DNA of 64,000 nt from Flaccisagitta enflata (Eukaryota), in NCBI GenBank assembly GCA_965153355.1, contig OZ231126.1, forward strand, positions 682,001 through 746,000, written 5' to 3'. Below are positions 40,743 through 57,695 of this stretch, one piece after another. Position 1 is the stretch's first letter. Each line of letters starts with the position of its first letter. A program made the position numbers and the translations under genes. The notes beneath the pieces are model-generated. The model worked only from the letters and a program-made list of their open reading frames with translations. It did not search any database and was not told the origin of the DNA.

Positions 40743-41938
40743 CTAGAGAAATAATCAAATAAAAGGCCATAGGTACGGGGTGCTTCACATTAATCGTTTC
40801 CTAAAGCCTTGGTGCTTTTTCATTTGGAAAAAAGTCGAAGAGACGAAGTCCCTTCGGTCTTTTTGAGTCCTGCAGAGTTTTTTGGATTTCCCTTTTGGAC
40901 CTATGCTTTCACACAGGAGAAATTTCTCCTTCTTCTCCTTCTTCTCCTTCTTCTCCTACGTCCCCCCCCACGACTCCAGGCCCATATCTCAGCCTCAAAA
41001 ACCAAATCATAGCCTTGAGACTCAAATCCCAGCCTGGAGGCTCAAATCCCAGCCTGGAGGCTCAAATTCCAGCCAAGAAGCTCAAATTTCAGCCTGGAGG
41101 CTCAAATCCCAGCCTCGAGGATCAAATCCCAGCCTCAAAGCTCAAATCCCATCCTCGAAGTCAAATCCCAGCCTTGAAGCTTAAGTTCCAGCCAAGAGGC
41201 ACAAATCCCAGCCCGGAGGCTCAAATCCCAGCCTCAAGGCCCTTATTCCAGCCTTGAGGCTCAAATAAAAACAGCATAGGTCATTGGTCCCTTCGGGGCC
41301 GCTGCCCCTCTAACCACCTCAGACCCACATAAACTCATAGGGGCAACGGGTACCGCTGACCATCTAACGCTTTTGCGACTATTTCTCATGAAGCGTTTAG
41401 GGAAGTTGGTCAATTTTGGGGGCCAAATGGGACTATGAATGAAATTAATAGCTAAGAAAGAACTAATTCTCCTCTTTCAGGTGACACCAAGCAGAATTCT
41501 ATGCGATCAATAATTTTGGAGCTATGAATTTTTAAATCTTTTTTTATTTTTCTGCATTTTTCGCGTTTTCCAAAAAAACGAGGAATCGAGTTAGTTGAAG
41601 TCTATTTGAACTTTTAAATGTCTCAGGTGATAATTGTGCATCCTGGCAGCACAGTCTCTCTCTCATTTCAACTCCAGACTCTATGAGAGGCTTTGTCTGT
41701 CAGTCGATCCATTGGTCTGTTAGTCCGTCCGTCCGTTGGAGTGGAAAAGTGGAAATATAAGCAGTCTAGATGGTTGTGTGTGGGGGTTGGGGTGTGGATA
41801 GGGTTGGATGCCCCTGTCCACAACGATATTGTAACCCCGTTTTACATGTTGTTCTCTGTTTCTCTCTCTGTCTCTCTCTCCCCCTCTGTCTCTCTCTCCC
41901 CCTCTGTCTCTCTCTCCCCCTCTGTCTCTCTCTCCCCC

Positions 41939-42026
<88 letters not shown>

Positions 42027-42200
42027 AGCATTTACGACTTTTTTCCTACGGCGATTAGCTGCCTTTATTGGTGAAAAGACAACTCAATATTGACACTCTG
42101 AATTTTGTTTACCATAAATTTATCTTTTTTCCGTATTCGAAAAGAATTGTATAGATTGGTTTCACCCATTAACTGTTTATGTGTTGTTTTTTTTTGTTAC

Positions 42201-42292
42201 CGCCATGTAAACGAAGAATATGACGGCCATGATGATTCCGCCAATGAAGACGAGCACCACAAAAAATATCCCAGCCTTGGCCAAGCAATATG
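42201..42292 (-). CDS. Membrane-module/MACPF gene, exon 6 (AYCLAKAGIFFVVLVFIGGIIMAVIFFVYMA), transmembrane helix
   Basis: tacag acceptor, gtaaca donor, phase 1 to 0; strongly hydrophobic helix. Confidence 0.78.
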
Positions 42293-43009
42293 CTGTATTG
42301 ATTAATCATTTGACACCAGTTTAGTTTAACACCAGTTGTGGTATGAGCGCGAACGAATATAGGCGTCATGTCAAAAACGAAATATGCAGCAGCGTAGACT
42401 TGACATATTACACCAATTTAAAAACAATTAACGCGGGTTTAAAAAATCCTTGCGGAAGGGTGGACATGGGCGCAGCCCCCCTCCACAAACACCTTCCTTA
42501 CACGCATGTAGGAGCGGAAATGAGCTTTTCTATACTCAACGATCAAGAACGGGCCAACGGATGACAAAGCCTCATATGAAGTTGCGAGTCTGCAACTAAA
42601 AAGACCCTTCCTGTAGGACTTGAATTAGTTAGCTTTAACTATTTTTGAAAAAACCCCGTGGTTAACTTAGCAAATTAAACCAAACGACCGACTGAAAAGT
42701 GACTTATAGAGTCGCGTAGCACGCGACTTAAAATCTGAGTAAAATTCAGATTTGCCATATGATTTTCATCTTGGTATTTTTTTTTAGTAATGTGTAAGCT
42801 GAGACTAATGTCTCACTTTTAAGACCAATCTGCCCATTTTTGATTGTTTCATAAAGAAATAGCATTGATTTAAAGCTATAGAGGTCAGTTTACCAGTGAT
42901 AGTGGCTACCGCCATGAGGAAAAAAATTGTAAGCATTGTTTTTGTCTTCAGTCACTGCAAATCAAGAGCAATTGTATGTTTTGATTGCAATGAATATCAG
43001 CAAAAAATA

Positions 43010-43400
43010 GGACTGAGCCAAATGAGCTAGATGAGCTAAGATGCTCAAAATCACTCAACCAGACAACCAGCTATACTCACTGATATGCTTTCTTGTATTT
43101 GCCTGCTCACATCAAAACATATATTCATTTATCTTATCAAAAATCAGAAAAAAAAGCTAGTTGAGCTAAGTGAGCTAGTATATTTTAGAACACTCACACA
43201 GATAAACGGCTGTGCTTACTGTTTTTTTTTTTTGTATCTGCTTGCTCAAACATGTATCAAAATCTTCATTTATCACATTTGAAATAAGAAAAAAAGATTG
43301 AGCTAAATGAGCAAAATGAGCTAGAATCCTCAAAAACGCCCTCACAGATAAGCAGCTATGCTCACAAACATTTGTTCTTGTATTTGCTATGCTCAAACAA
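43010..43400. repeat. Degenerate tandem repeat, unit about 140 bp, about 3 copies
   Basis: TGAGCTAA-TGAGC...CACTCAC-CAGATAA...GCTCAAA recurs. Confidence 0.65.
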
Positions 43401-43908
43401 ACATGAATACACTTTTTTATTGATCCTACTTAAAATCAAAATAAATGAAAAAAAATCATTTTGAATTTTTTGTAAATAAATCTTTAGAAAATCTTACCGC
43501 GGAAAATATTTGTCATAGAGCATTGTGCTTGGCGCCAAATAAAAGAAAATTATCAAGTTCACTTACCCTATCAATTTCATTGGAGGTCCCAATCGGTTGA
43601 TCAGGATATGAAACTTCTGCATAAGAAAATGTTAACCATGTTTTTCTCAAATATGTCAGAAAGTCGAAGACTGACTTCAACTTTTTTCCTGATCAATAAA
43701 ATATTTATGTATTTTAGTAAACCTCAGATGGGTAGAACCCTTTTTTACTCAAAACTATGAGGAATCTAAACCGCTAGAGCCAGTGGTATAAATTTTTTGC
43801 ATAAATAAATGGTAGGTAATGTGCTTTCAGACAAAACCAATCCGAATTTCTAAAAATGAATACTTTAGCCACAATAAGTGTTTAGATAAATGCTTTTAAA
43901 TTCCGGTA

Positions 43909-44110
<202 letters not shown>

Positions 44111-44717
44111 GCTGAAATGGGAGTTTTCACACTATTCAACTTGACCGTGATGGATGGACGGATGAACTGATAGATCCAAGCACTGACGGATGGACATATG
44201 GATGGATAGACAAAGCTTTTTTGAGAGTCGCGAGTCTTTGACATATTCAATTTGAATTACCAGATTGGCCTCAAATGATCGTTTTTTTTCTTAAACGGTT
44301 GAGGATTATGATATTTTCCAGACGCGGACTAGCAACCCAATGAGAGGCTTTGTCCCTTCGTCTATCCTCCTGTAAGACACTAGTCAGAAAACAAGGCCAT
44401 CGCGTTACAAGTCGCGTGCGGTCTTGAAGACTAAAAGACTAAAAGACCTAAAGACCAAAGATAAAACAACTAAAAGCAGGAGCAGTAATGCAAAAAACGC
44501 CAAAAAACGCCGAAAAAAGCTAATGGAGACCGACCGACAGACAGACCGACCAACCGACCGACTGACCAACATAGCGGTTCATAGAGTCGCGTAGCACGCG
44601 ACTAAAAACTGAATTACCGCGCGCGTTTGCGTGTGTAAGTGGGGGCGGTGTTTGTAAAGGGGGCTTGTTCGCCCCTGCCCAACAGTCCATGACCATATTC
44701 CAACCCCGCGCTGCTAG

Positions 44718-44946
44718 TTTTTTAGTTGCGTCCACGCATCTCCATAAGAGGCTTTGTCCGTCCGTCCGTCCGACGGTCCGTCCGTCGGTCCGTCCGTGGT
44801 GATCGAGTCGAAATTGGTTCAAACTCAAGAAAATCACCCAAAACGTTAAGTCATTGCATCATTCCACATGATTGATGCAATATTGCATCATTCTTAACAA
44901 GCTAAGCCGCATGTGGACGCATCGTTGTACCCCCGGGGTACTTGTT
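44718..44946 (+). mobile_element. Helentron/DINE-1-like element, family C (inverted copy 56007-56229)
   Basis: TTTTTAG-TGCGTCCACGCA hairpin, (GTCC)n, inverted GACGCATC, 3' palindrome GTACCCCCGGGGTAC, then TTGTT. Confidence 0.75.
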
Positions 44947-45040
44947 GTAGTTTTTATGTCTAAAGCAACCATTTAATAGTCAATCTTTTTCTTTTGTTTG
45001 TGTGGTAATGACTGACAGTAAACTTTGGGTTGATAAATAC

Positions 45041-45063
45041 CTTTTTGTATGTTTGGTTCGTAT
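45041..45063 (-). CDS. Membrane-module/MACPF gene, 23-nt micro-exon (R-YEPNIQK)
   Basis: gtcag acceptor, AAG|gtattt donor; phase 2 to 1 exactly bridges exons 4 and 6. Confidence 0.55.
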
Positions 45064-47991
45064 CTGACACGTGCAAAGGTCATAGTGCAAATAAAGAATC
45101 ATTTGTTGCAAAACTTGTTAGCCTCCTATGAGCTCCCGTCAAATCCTATCCTTTGACTATGGTTATTGGTGGGGGCGGTGGCTCTATCATGACCAAAATA
45201 AATAGCATCGGTCTTAGATGAGCAAACATGCCCAATTTGCCCTTGAACACGCTTTCTTCCCAAAACAATTCTGCATTGATCAATCTTATTCAAAAAAGAA
45301 AATAGAAAAAAGCCAAATACGCGGCTGCCCCAGAGGAGGAGACAAAAAAAGACTACTCATGCATTCGGGCAGAAGCTGTGCTGTATCGGATAAGTAAAAA
45401 AAATGATAAGGAGACGGACCGATCGACGAACAATTGGACGTACGGACGGACAGGCAAAGTGGATAGTATGCGACTGAAAAGATTAAATAGAACCTGACTC
45501 ATCGGACACAAATTGAATGAGATCTAGTTCTTCTTCAATTTTCTCAAACAGACAATGGAAGACTACATATACATTTCTCTAGAATATGTGAACAAGTGAC
45601 GCGAGGTCACAATATCGTTACGGACGGGTGGGCAGGGGCAACCAACCCCCATCCACTTCCAACACCCCACCCAACACCCTTTCCAATAAGGATCGCACAT
45701 GGTCAGCGGTACCCGATGCCCTGCTTGGAGTGATCAAGTTAAGTATTGGAGTGAGAGCAGGGCAGTGGCATGGCCCCAAAGGGCCGATGTCCTGCAGGAC
45801 ACAGGGGGGAATTTCGAGACGTCTTGAGGCGGATTTGAAGGCGGGATGGCAGAATTTAGTAAAAAAGAGCAGATCTGAGGTTTGGGGGCAGGCTTGAGGC
45901 TTAGAGGACAAATTTGAGGCCTGAAAAGTTGATTAGAGGCTTGGAAGGCTAATTTGAGGTCTGGAGGGCTGATTTGAGGTCTTGAGGGCAAATATGAGGT
46001 CGGGAGAGCTGATTTGAGCTCTCGAGAGCTACATTGAGGTCTGAAAGGGCTAATTTGAGGGCTAAGAGGGCCAAAATCAGGCCTGAGACTGCAGACTTGA
46101 GGCTCCGATGGCCAAGGGGGGGACAGAAGGACAGACGGATGGACGGAAGGACGGACGGAAGGACGGACGTCTCGAAATTCCCCCCTGTGTCCTTCAGGAC
46201 ATTGGCCCTTTGGGGCCGCTGCCCTAAAAGCTTCAAAACGCTCGTTTTTGGGCTGCGGCCCCAAAGGGGTCGATGACCTATGCTTCCACACATTTGGGGA
46301 ATTTTCTCCTTCTTCTTCTCCTCCTCCTTCTTCTCTGTTCCCCCCCCTCAAATCCCAGTCTCAATGCCCAATTTCCAGTCTCTAGCCCCTTATTCTCTGT
46401 CCCCCCCTCCTCAAATCCCAGTCTCACAGCCCAAATTTCAGTCTCAAGGCCAAAATCCCAGTATTGAGGCCCAAATCCTAGCCTCAAGGCCCAAATCCTA
46501 GCCTCGAGGCCCAAATCTTAGCCTAAAGGCCAAAATCCTTTCTTTCGCTTTTGGGCAGCGGCCCCGAAGGGGACGAAGTCCTGTAGAACACAGGGGGACT
46601 TTCGTTCGTCCGTTCGTCCGTCCGTTCGTCCGTTCGTTCGTTAGTCCCCCCCCTTCATCAGACCCCTCAGGCCTCACATCTGGCCTCTCAGGCCGCAAAT
46701 CCAGCCTCTCAGGTCTCAAATCCGGCCTCTCAAGCCTCAAATCTGGCCTCTCAGGCCTCAAATCTGGCCTCTCAGGCCTCAAATCTGGCTTCTTAGGCCT
46801 TAAATCCAAATTCTCAGGCCTCAAACCTGGCCTCTCATGCCTCAAATTAGGCCTCTCAGGCCTCAAATCAGCCATCTAAACCCCAATTTATTGCTCCCAG
46901 GCTTCAAATCAGTCCTCTGGCCTTTCAAGCCTTAATCCAGCTCTCTCAAGCCTCAAGTCAGCCCTCTCAAGCTTCCAACCGGCATTCTCAGGCCTTATAT
47001 CAGCCTTCTTAGACCTCAGTTTAGCATCTCATCCATGTCTTTAGGTAGGACGAACGAAAGTCCCCCTGTGTTCTACAGGACTTCGTCCCCTTCGGGGCCG
47101 CTGCCCTGCTTCCCCTCACTCCAATTCACAATCACTCAAAGCAGGGCAACGGGTATCGCTGACCACATATTGCCCTTGGGCGACCTGTTTCCACCTACTT
47201 AGAGTAGAGTGGCGACGCTAATATTCTATGGCATCAGGATGTCTTCCCGTTGTTAGTAACCATCAAAAAAATTGGGAAAATTGAAGTGGCGCTTTCTGGA
47301 TTAAAATGAGAAAAACACAATTTCCCATTGTAATGTTGGATAGGAAACTTAGAATCCTAAGCTTTCTAACCCAGATTCCTACGTTTCTTAGAATCGTAGG
47401 AAACTTAGCTGCTGGGGGCCGAGATCCCAGCCTTGAGGCCCAAATCTCAGCCTCCAGGTCCAACTCCCAGCCAAGAGGCCCGATCATAGGAGGAGGAGGA
47501 GGAGGAGAAGGAGAAAATTCCCTTCAAGGCCGCTGCCCTGCTCCCCCCTCAACTTCAAGCACAACCTACTCAGGCAGGGCACGGGTACCGCTGACCATCT
47601 GACGCTTTTGCAACTATTCCACTTTTCGACTCGTGCTCAAGGACCAACGGACTGACGGACAAAAACTCTTATAGAGTTGCGTGTCCGCAACTAAAAAGTC
47701 AAAGCCTGACAGCTTTTTAGTTACGGACACAACCATATGAGAGGCTTTGTCCGTCCGTCTGTTGGTCCATCCGTGAGCACGTGTTGAAAAGTGGGAAGAC
47801 TAGCGTTTTGGGTGTTTTTTGTGTATGTGTGTGTGGAAGGGGAGCATGGGGTGTAGATGGGGGTTGGAAGCCCCTGCCCACCCATGTCCAAGGATATTGT
47901 GACTCCGCGTCACTTGTTTGACCGAGCAAGGAGAGTGAAAAATCGCGGTTAGGTATCAATTGTCAAATATTATCTTTGTTTGCACTATAAC

Positions 47992-48119
47992 CGGTAGGTG
48001 CAGTATAATCCAAAAATACCGAAGCAGAGCGGGAAGATGCCAATACAAAAAAACCCGATTCCAACCACTCCAAAGATGATATTTGTGACAGATAAGCAAA
48101 CTACATGTCGATGGAATCG
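47992..48119 (-). CDS. Membrane-module/MACPF gene, exon 4 (RFHRHVVCLSVTNIIFGVVGIGFFCIGIFPLCFGIFGLYCTY), long hydrophobic segment
   Basis: Pyrimidine tract plus ctcag acceptor, phase 0; weak gttata donor, phase 2; about 35 consecutive hydrophobic or small residues. Confidence 0.75.
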
Positions 48120-48693
48120 CTGAGTCAGATGAAAGGGAGAAATTATTTGAACCTGAGGTAGGTTAGATCTTGATCCCAACAATTTCATAGTTTCGCTTTC
48201 AGGTAATACCATGTTTAAGTCAAATTGGTAGAAAACACTGAAATTGTGCGTTTTTCATTTTTAAGGCCGGCAAGCAAGTTAGGTGGTAGGCTGGTTTGGC
48301 TGGTTAGCATGCTAAAATCTTTTAAAATCAGACACATATTTTGAGTCACCATGCCAAGTTTTAACCATTAAGCCCATACTGGTTGTTAGGCAAGTTATTC
48401 ACCTTGAGGTCAGTAAGTCGGTTTGGCCGATTAGGGCGCGGGTGGTCGTGGTCGTGGTCGTGGTCGTGGGTGGTCGTGGTAACACCCGCATATGCCCTTT
48501 GGCGTCTTACCCTTGTGTAGCTTCCTACCTAATATGTAGCGAATTGGTGTTCAAATGTTTGCCCATAAAGAAACAAGGCCACGTGGGCCAATAGGTGCGC
48601 CGGGCGGATTGTTAAAGGTTTGCGTGACCGACCGACAGACAGATGGACACAATCAGTTATAGAACTGCGTCGGCGCATCTAAAAAAATCTTAC

Positions 48694-48873
48694 ATGCGCT
48701 TTGAATTCCATATTCGGGTCGTTGGAACTCCAATTTTGTCCAAACATGTTGAACTGGTAAACGGGCTCGATCTTGTACACGCCATTTGCATTACAGTTTC
48801 TCAAAACGCAGTCTGGCGCATCGCAACCGATGGGCGCCGGAGCAGAGGTGACGACCGTAGAGACCTCATCATC
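48694..48873 (-). CDS. Membrane-module/MACPF gene, exon 3 (DDEVSTVVTSAPAPIGCDAPDCVLRNC...MEFKAH)
   Basis: aaacag acceptor, gtaaga donor, 180 nt, phase 0 to 0, GC-richer coding-like composition. Confidence 0.8.
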
Positions 48874-50781
48874 CTGTTTGGAGAATGTCAATGTGTGAAG
48901 AGCTACAAGTAGGGCTTGAGAAAGTATCGCGTGAAACAATTTTGCTCTGAATTTGAATTCAACCGCTTGTAAGAAAGTACCGCCACGGCCAAACGCCAGC
49001 AGCTACATACAACCGGAAGTGGATCAGATAGAAAGAGCTTGAAAACCTGCTTTGGTTGGCCCCGTAAAAACAGTAGATCAAAGCAACTACAATTTCAATA
49101 TCAATATTACTGATGATTGATTATGATATTTGATACAGTTTTTGGTTCTGGGGATGTAACATCTGAGATAGATGATATCACTTTCATACTAAAGTTGATT
49201 TAAAAAGTCCCGCCTCTGGCTAGCCAAAGTACTTGCCTGACGTGGCCAATGAAAATAGTTCAAAACCAGTGTACCATTTCCTTTCCATTACACTACCACT
49301 ACATGTTTTTCTTTTAATTGTTTAGAAAAAAAATTCAAAAAGAAAAAAAAGCAATTCTATCCTATGACTCAGTGACTAGCCGGTTTTGCTAGCAATGAGT
49401 GGCATGAGATATTTCCTATGAGGTCAAGTTAAGACCAGACAATCAAATTGTTTTTAAAACAAAAGCGCTTCATGTATAAAATGTTTTTTTTAGGTGCGCC
49501 ATAGCGGTCAATCAGTTGGTTGGCTGGTCTGTATGTTGGTTGGTCGGTTGGTCCATCACGCTCATGTGAAAAATCGCAAAAATGTCTAAAATCGCATGAG
49601 AACTCGTCTTGTTTATCATTTATGTAACTCACCATTTCATTCATTATCATATTCATCTATGGTTTAGTCTCATAGAGCTGGGGATAGGTCTGATAGTGAT
49701 AGGGCTCGGGATAGGTCGAAGATTTCATGTTTCTTGTCATTTCGTTCATTATCATATTCATCTACAAATAGATCAATAGCCATTGGGATTGGTCTGATAG
49801 AGCTCACAAAAGGTCTGATAGAGCTTGGGTTGGGTCTAAGAATTAAGAACGCTGGCGCTATGTCTCAGCCCGTGTATCCAGCCTTGTTCACTGATGTCAT
49901 TCATCCGGTTTGGGATATTCCACTTTTCTTTCTAGATCTACTTCCTTTCTCAGATGAAGATGTATGTTAAGGTGATTTTTGAAGTGCAATCTTTAGTCGC
50001 GTACACACGACTCTACAACCCGCTTTGTCCGTCGGTCGGTCGGTCGGTTGGTCGGTCCATCTGTCCATCCATCACACTTTTACTTTTTTATCAATTTCAT
50101 TTCTTACAGTCATTTAAGAGTATACTAAGTCATTCTAAGTCATTCTAAGTCAATCTTTAAGTCTCGCACGCGTCTTATAGATGTTGGCCTTGTTTCTTGC
50201 CATCGTTGTTTTCTCGCTATGCTGTAGTGAGTTATGCACAGGCGTTACCTTGCACCAAAACATTTTCTTTCACAGCACCAAATTGCATGACACAGTCTGC
50301 TGCATACAGCCGTAGTAATTTTAGGTAAATAAATGAACTGCCTGCGCAACTTTGTATCTGACTGTCCATTTATTTGTTGGGTTTAGTCAGTCTGTTTGTC
50401 TTTCTTGGCACGCAATGATACATTTGATAGTCAACTCTGACTTGGAAAAAATCTCAGCGGAGACGAGTTTTGAAAGAAATTCGTAAGATAAGTGTTACTT
50501 TTCACAACATCAAAAACAGTAATGCTGTTCATTTTGAATCCTCATCTTAGACAAATATAAGCGAGCTTTCTCATCCCCGCTGTTTTCGCCCCCTGTTACA
50601 TGTTTGCGTCATACCATAAGGAGCTTTTTGGAATTGATGTGCGATAAGATACAAAGTGTACAACTAGGTACCACTTTTAGCTTCTTTTGTTTACACTGTT
50701 TTCCGAAACTGGCAGCTTTTTGGTTAATATGTCTTCACTATGAAATGAGTTCGAACAATATCAAGAGTGCTTGTTGCGAAT

Positions 50782-53053
<2,272 letters not shown>

Positions 53054-53315
53054 ATTTTATAAAGAACTGTCTTTCTTTTACGCTTTTGCTGTTGTTATTG
53101 ATATTGTTATCACTGTTGTTGTTGTTATAGCTTTTGATGTCCTGGGTGAGGGTATTGTTTCTGTTGTCCGTCAGCTCTAAGTCCGTCGGCTTGTCCACCA
53201 GTTGGTCAAAAAATTATGCCCCTGCCCACCCGTCCGTGATTGAAATATAGGTGGCCGTGTTTCCTACCTTCCTACCTTGATCGTCGTTCCGGTTGTTGTT
53301 GTTTATTTTGTTCTA

Positions 53316-53375
<60 letters not shown>

Positions 53376-53396
53376 GAAGTTGTTGTAGTTGCTTAG

Positions 53397-53485
<89 letters not shown>

Positions 53486-53487
53486 AG

Positions 53488-53576
<89 letters not shown>

Positions 53577-53627
53577 GCTGTTGTTGTAGTTGTGGTTGTG
53601 GTTGTGGTTGTTGTTGTTGTTGTTTTA

Positions 53628-53698
<71 letters not shown>

Positions 53699-53918
53699 AT
53701 CCTACTTTGTCATTCTTGTACGGAGGAACCCCGCTAAAACGGACCCGATTTTAACGGGAATCCGCCATTAACAAATAAAGTTTATTGGTCCCCTGAAATC
53801 GGTCAAAGCGGGATTTGACTGTCGTGGTTGTGGTTTTCATTGTCAGTGAATTTCTTGTTAAAGATGATTCTGTCAGTGACAAAGCAGCTTCGATAATGAT
53901 ACGGTTTCACGATCTTGC

Positions 53919-53989
53919 CTGAAAATCATCGGACTCGATGGTAAGTTGACGAGAATCGAACTTCTTCTGTTTTACGGCGAGTATTTCAT
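53919..53989 (-). CDS. Membrane-module/MACPF gene, exon 2 (DEILAVKQKKFDSRQLTIESDDFQ)
   Basis: ttaacag acceptor, phase 1. Requires a non-canonical CAG|gcaaga donor to give phase 0. Confidence 0.55.
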
Positions 53990-54113
53990 CTGTTAAGTAA
54001 GAGTTATGAAATGATGCCCAAATTGTGCACATTCTACCAATAAAGGCGCCTCCCGGCGTGGGGCAAAAGTAGTGTGGTGGGTTTTGGTTTTGGTTTTGGT
54101 TTTGGTTTTGGTT

Positions 54114-54207
<94 letters not shown>

Positions 54208-54212
54208 TATGT

Positions 54213-54289
<77 letters not shown>

Positions 54290-54290
54290 A

Positions 54291-54787
54291 CACGCACATG
54301 GCTGAGTAACAACCTTCTTTATAACAACGTTGAGGCTCAAAATGTCAAAAAAAATAAGAACATTTCTAGCAACATCGTCGGCCTCAGAAAATTAAAAATA
54401 TAACAACATATGAGCCTCAAGTCCAACCATTAACAACTTTTCTCTTAGATTTGATATAGTTTCCGTTGCATCTAATTTTAACATGCGGCGGTTTCATAGA
54501 AGAGATGGCTTTTCTACTGTATTTTAGTTATAACAATATTTTGTTCTTGATTTTGAATGGTTGATCTTCTTTATATCATTCCTACCCTAGATCCCTGTCA
54601 TTCCAGAGAAGGCAGCGAAAGGAATGATGGTACAGACATCCTAATCAATCATTATAATTAATATTAGAAAATTGATGAGAAAGAAATAACAACAGTTTAG
54701 CAACGGTTTGAGCCTCATATCGTCTTTCAAATAACAACATTGAGCCTCAGAAAAAAAAAAACCCGTTGTTACTCAGCCAAGTGCGTG
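54291..54787. mobile_element. MITE with CAC...GTG ends and TA flanks
   Basis: TIR CACGCAC(A/T)TGGCTGAGTAACAAC. Confidence 0.85.
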
Positions 54788-55000
54788 TATTCTTCGACTT
54801 TTCCTAATTGATAACTACTAAACCAAAACTAGTATAAAGACAAGGACAAGAGCCTTAGGAGCCCGTTGTCGTTTAATTCGAACCATTCATAATTAAATGT
54901 AGTGCCGACAGAACGGACGCATGCATAATTGCATATTGCATGAACAAATCAAAATAAAACGAAAAAAAAAGAACACGTAGACGGAGACATCTGCGTTCAC

Positions 55001-55232
55001 CTCGCATTTGAAGCAAATTCTCCTTTTCTTCGCTCTCAAAGTCCAAAAGGCTTTTGTCGTCGTCATCGACGTCGTTTTTGCTGAAGTTGCTGCTGTTGTT
55101 GTTATTGCTGTAGTCACCATCGTCGTCGCCGTCGTCGCATTTCTGCTCGGGATTTTCGTTTGTTTGAAGGAAAGAGTTTGTTTTTTCCATTTTCGATTCG
55201 TTGTCAATTTTTTTTGCGGTTTTGCGGTGCAT
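55001..55232 (-). CDS. Membrane-module/MACPF gene, probable first coding exon (acidic, Asn/Asp-rich; alternative ATG at 55190)
   Basis: Open frame MHRKTAKK...ENLLQMR, donor G|gtgaac in phase 1, compatible with the next exon. Confidence 0.6.
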
Positions 55233-57018
55233 CACATTTTTAAAGCGTGAAAATTAAAAGATTTGTTTTGAAAGCGTACACGTATATCATCTCACAGTGA
55301 AATCATCGTTATTGTTGACTCATTTGCTATGTCCCACTGACAATGGAGCTATTTTGCACTAAGCGAATAAAACAGCCGCTTATCTTTCAAGGAGCACTTA
55401 CAAGACTCGAAAACCCGCTCTGTCAGTCCGTCGGTCTGTCAATCAGGTCATACATACAATGATACATACATACATACATACATACATACATACATACATA
55501 CATACATACATACATACATACATACATTTGGGTTAGACTCAGAATGGATGTTTGCTAAGTTAGTTTTGCTAAATGGAAAACTAGGAGTGATGCGCGTAGT
55601 AACTAGTCAGTAAGGGCTCACAAGGCCCTCTTCCATATCATTTAGTTTGGGTATAGTCAGGGATATTGTTCCAACTGTCATAACATTTACCATACATTTT
55701 GAATTTTCTGGTGGTCTTTGCATTACAGCTTATGCTCAATTATCCTCGCGGAATAGAGCGACGGATTGAAAGGTGGGACGAGAACTCACGAACTATGCCG
55801 AGACAAATGCGATCGTAGAGACGTAAAGAAGAGAGAAAGAGACAGAGAGCGACAGACAGACGGATGGTTTGGATTTTCATCGGGTGGATCTTCTTGGACG
55901 AACTTTATTCTATGGCGTTTTGATTACAGTAGGAGGAGGGAATGAAATGTAATTCATAATCTCTCTACGTTGACAAAACGATTGGTTTGTAATAATATAT
56001 AAATTAACAAGTACCCCGGGGGTACAACGATGCGTCCACATGCGGCTTAGCTTGTTAAGAATGATGCAATATTGCATCAACCTTGTGGAATGATGCAATA
56101 ATCTGAGATATTTCTAAGATTCTTTGAATTTTCATCATTCTCAACTCCATCACCATGGACCAACCGACCAACCAACGGACGGACGGACGGACAAAGCCTC
56201 TTATAGAGATGCGTGGACGCATCTAAAAATGAATTAATAAATTGTATCGGAAATCGATACCTAGCCATTTCCAACAATTGCGGCTTTTTGAACACAAAAA
56301 GTGGATCGATAGACCTGCATCGCCAGCACCTGCCCAAATTCTCTTCGCTGTATCATCACTGCCCCTGCTCACTCGAACGAAACTTAGAGAACCGTTTATC
56401 TGACCTTTTTGGGCAGCGGCCCCAAAGGGCCGATGTCCTGTAGAACACGGGTGAATTTCCATACATCTGCACGTCCTTCCTTCCTTCCGTATATACCCCC
56501 AGGGCTTTCTGAGGCCTGAAATCAGCCCTCATGGGCCTTAAATCTACCTTGCCAGGCCAGTAATCAGCCCTTCCTGACCCCATATCAGACCTCTCAAATC
56601 TAAATCCAAAATCAGCTCTTCCCTGGCTGAAATTGATCCTTACAGACCTGAAATCAGTCCAAACAGGCCCTAACTCATCCCTTACAAGCCTGATATTTAC
56701 CCTCTTAGAATTAGGGCCTAATCAAGATCACTGAAGCCTGAAATCAGATACAGTGGAACCCCGCCTCCATAACAAGTTGTCATTAACAACGCCTTTAAAG
56801 GTGCCCCGCCTTTAAAGGACAAGATACTTAAATCTCAAACTTATTCAGGCTTTTGTTAAGTTGAAATGCCCTTGCTTAACAGCCCCTGTTTTAACAGTGA
56901 CTTGCCTTTATAGGTCAACATTTTTGGGCCCTTCAATTAGTGTCCCCTTTAATAAAGGTCTTTTTTTTTCATTTGATAAAAAAATGAAATAATAACAAGA
57001 TATTGAATAATAAAGGTA

Positions 57019-57582
57019 CACTCAAAAAAAAAATTTTCAGGTATAACTTTGTCTAATAAATTAGATCTAGTGGGGCGCTTATTATACTTGGGCCCCAATT
57101 TTTTTCCAATTATACGGAATTATACTGAAATTATACTGAATTATATAAAATTATACAAAGTTATACAGCCCTGGAGGGTCAGATTTACCAAAATTATACA
57201 GTATTATATTTGCGCAATATAACAGTTAGACAAAGTCTTATGCATATAATAATTATATTTTTAGGTATAACAATTATATTTGATTTATATAATGATTATA
57301 TTGCCCCCCTCATTTGCATAATGTCGTTTTACCTGATATCTTGCTTTTGTGATTTTCTATAAAGTTCTCATCAAAAGTGAGAACTTTTATAGATTCAGAC
57401 TAAGCATCTATAGCTTAAGTCTTTCCCTATAAAGTTCGCATTAAAAATGCGAACATTTATAGAACAAGACTAAGCATACAGAGCAAATCTGTCTATAGCT
57501 ATTGGCAGATCGTCGTGGATTATACTGGGCCAGATAGCGTACTTATAGATTTTTTCTATTTTTTATATTCAACATTTTGAAC

Positions 57583-57623
<41 letters not shown>

Positions 57624-57662
57624 CTACATATGTTGGATAAATCATAAGATAATCATAAGAAC

Positions 57663-57695
<33 letters not shown>

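Noticed and set aside
44261-44289. Candidate minus-strand exon (KKRSFEANL)
   Set aside because: Ends in phase 0, incompatible with the phase-1 exon at 42292; the model is complete without it.
45618-47602. Cluster of GC-rich ORFs (e.g. 45734-46351, 46498-46875)
   Set aside because: All lie within family B repeats and their 21-bp arrays.
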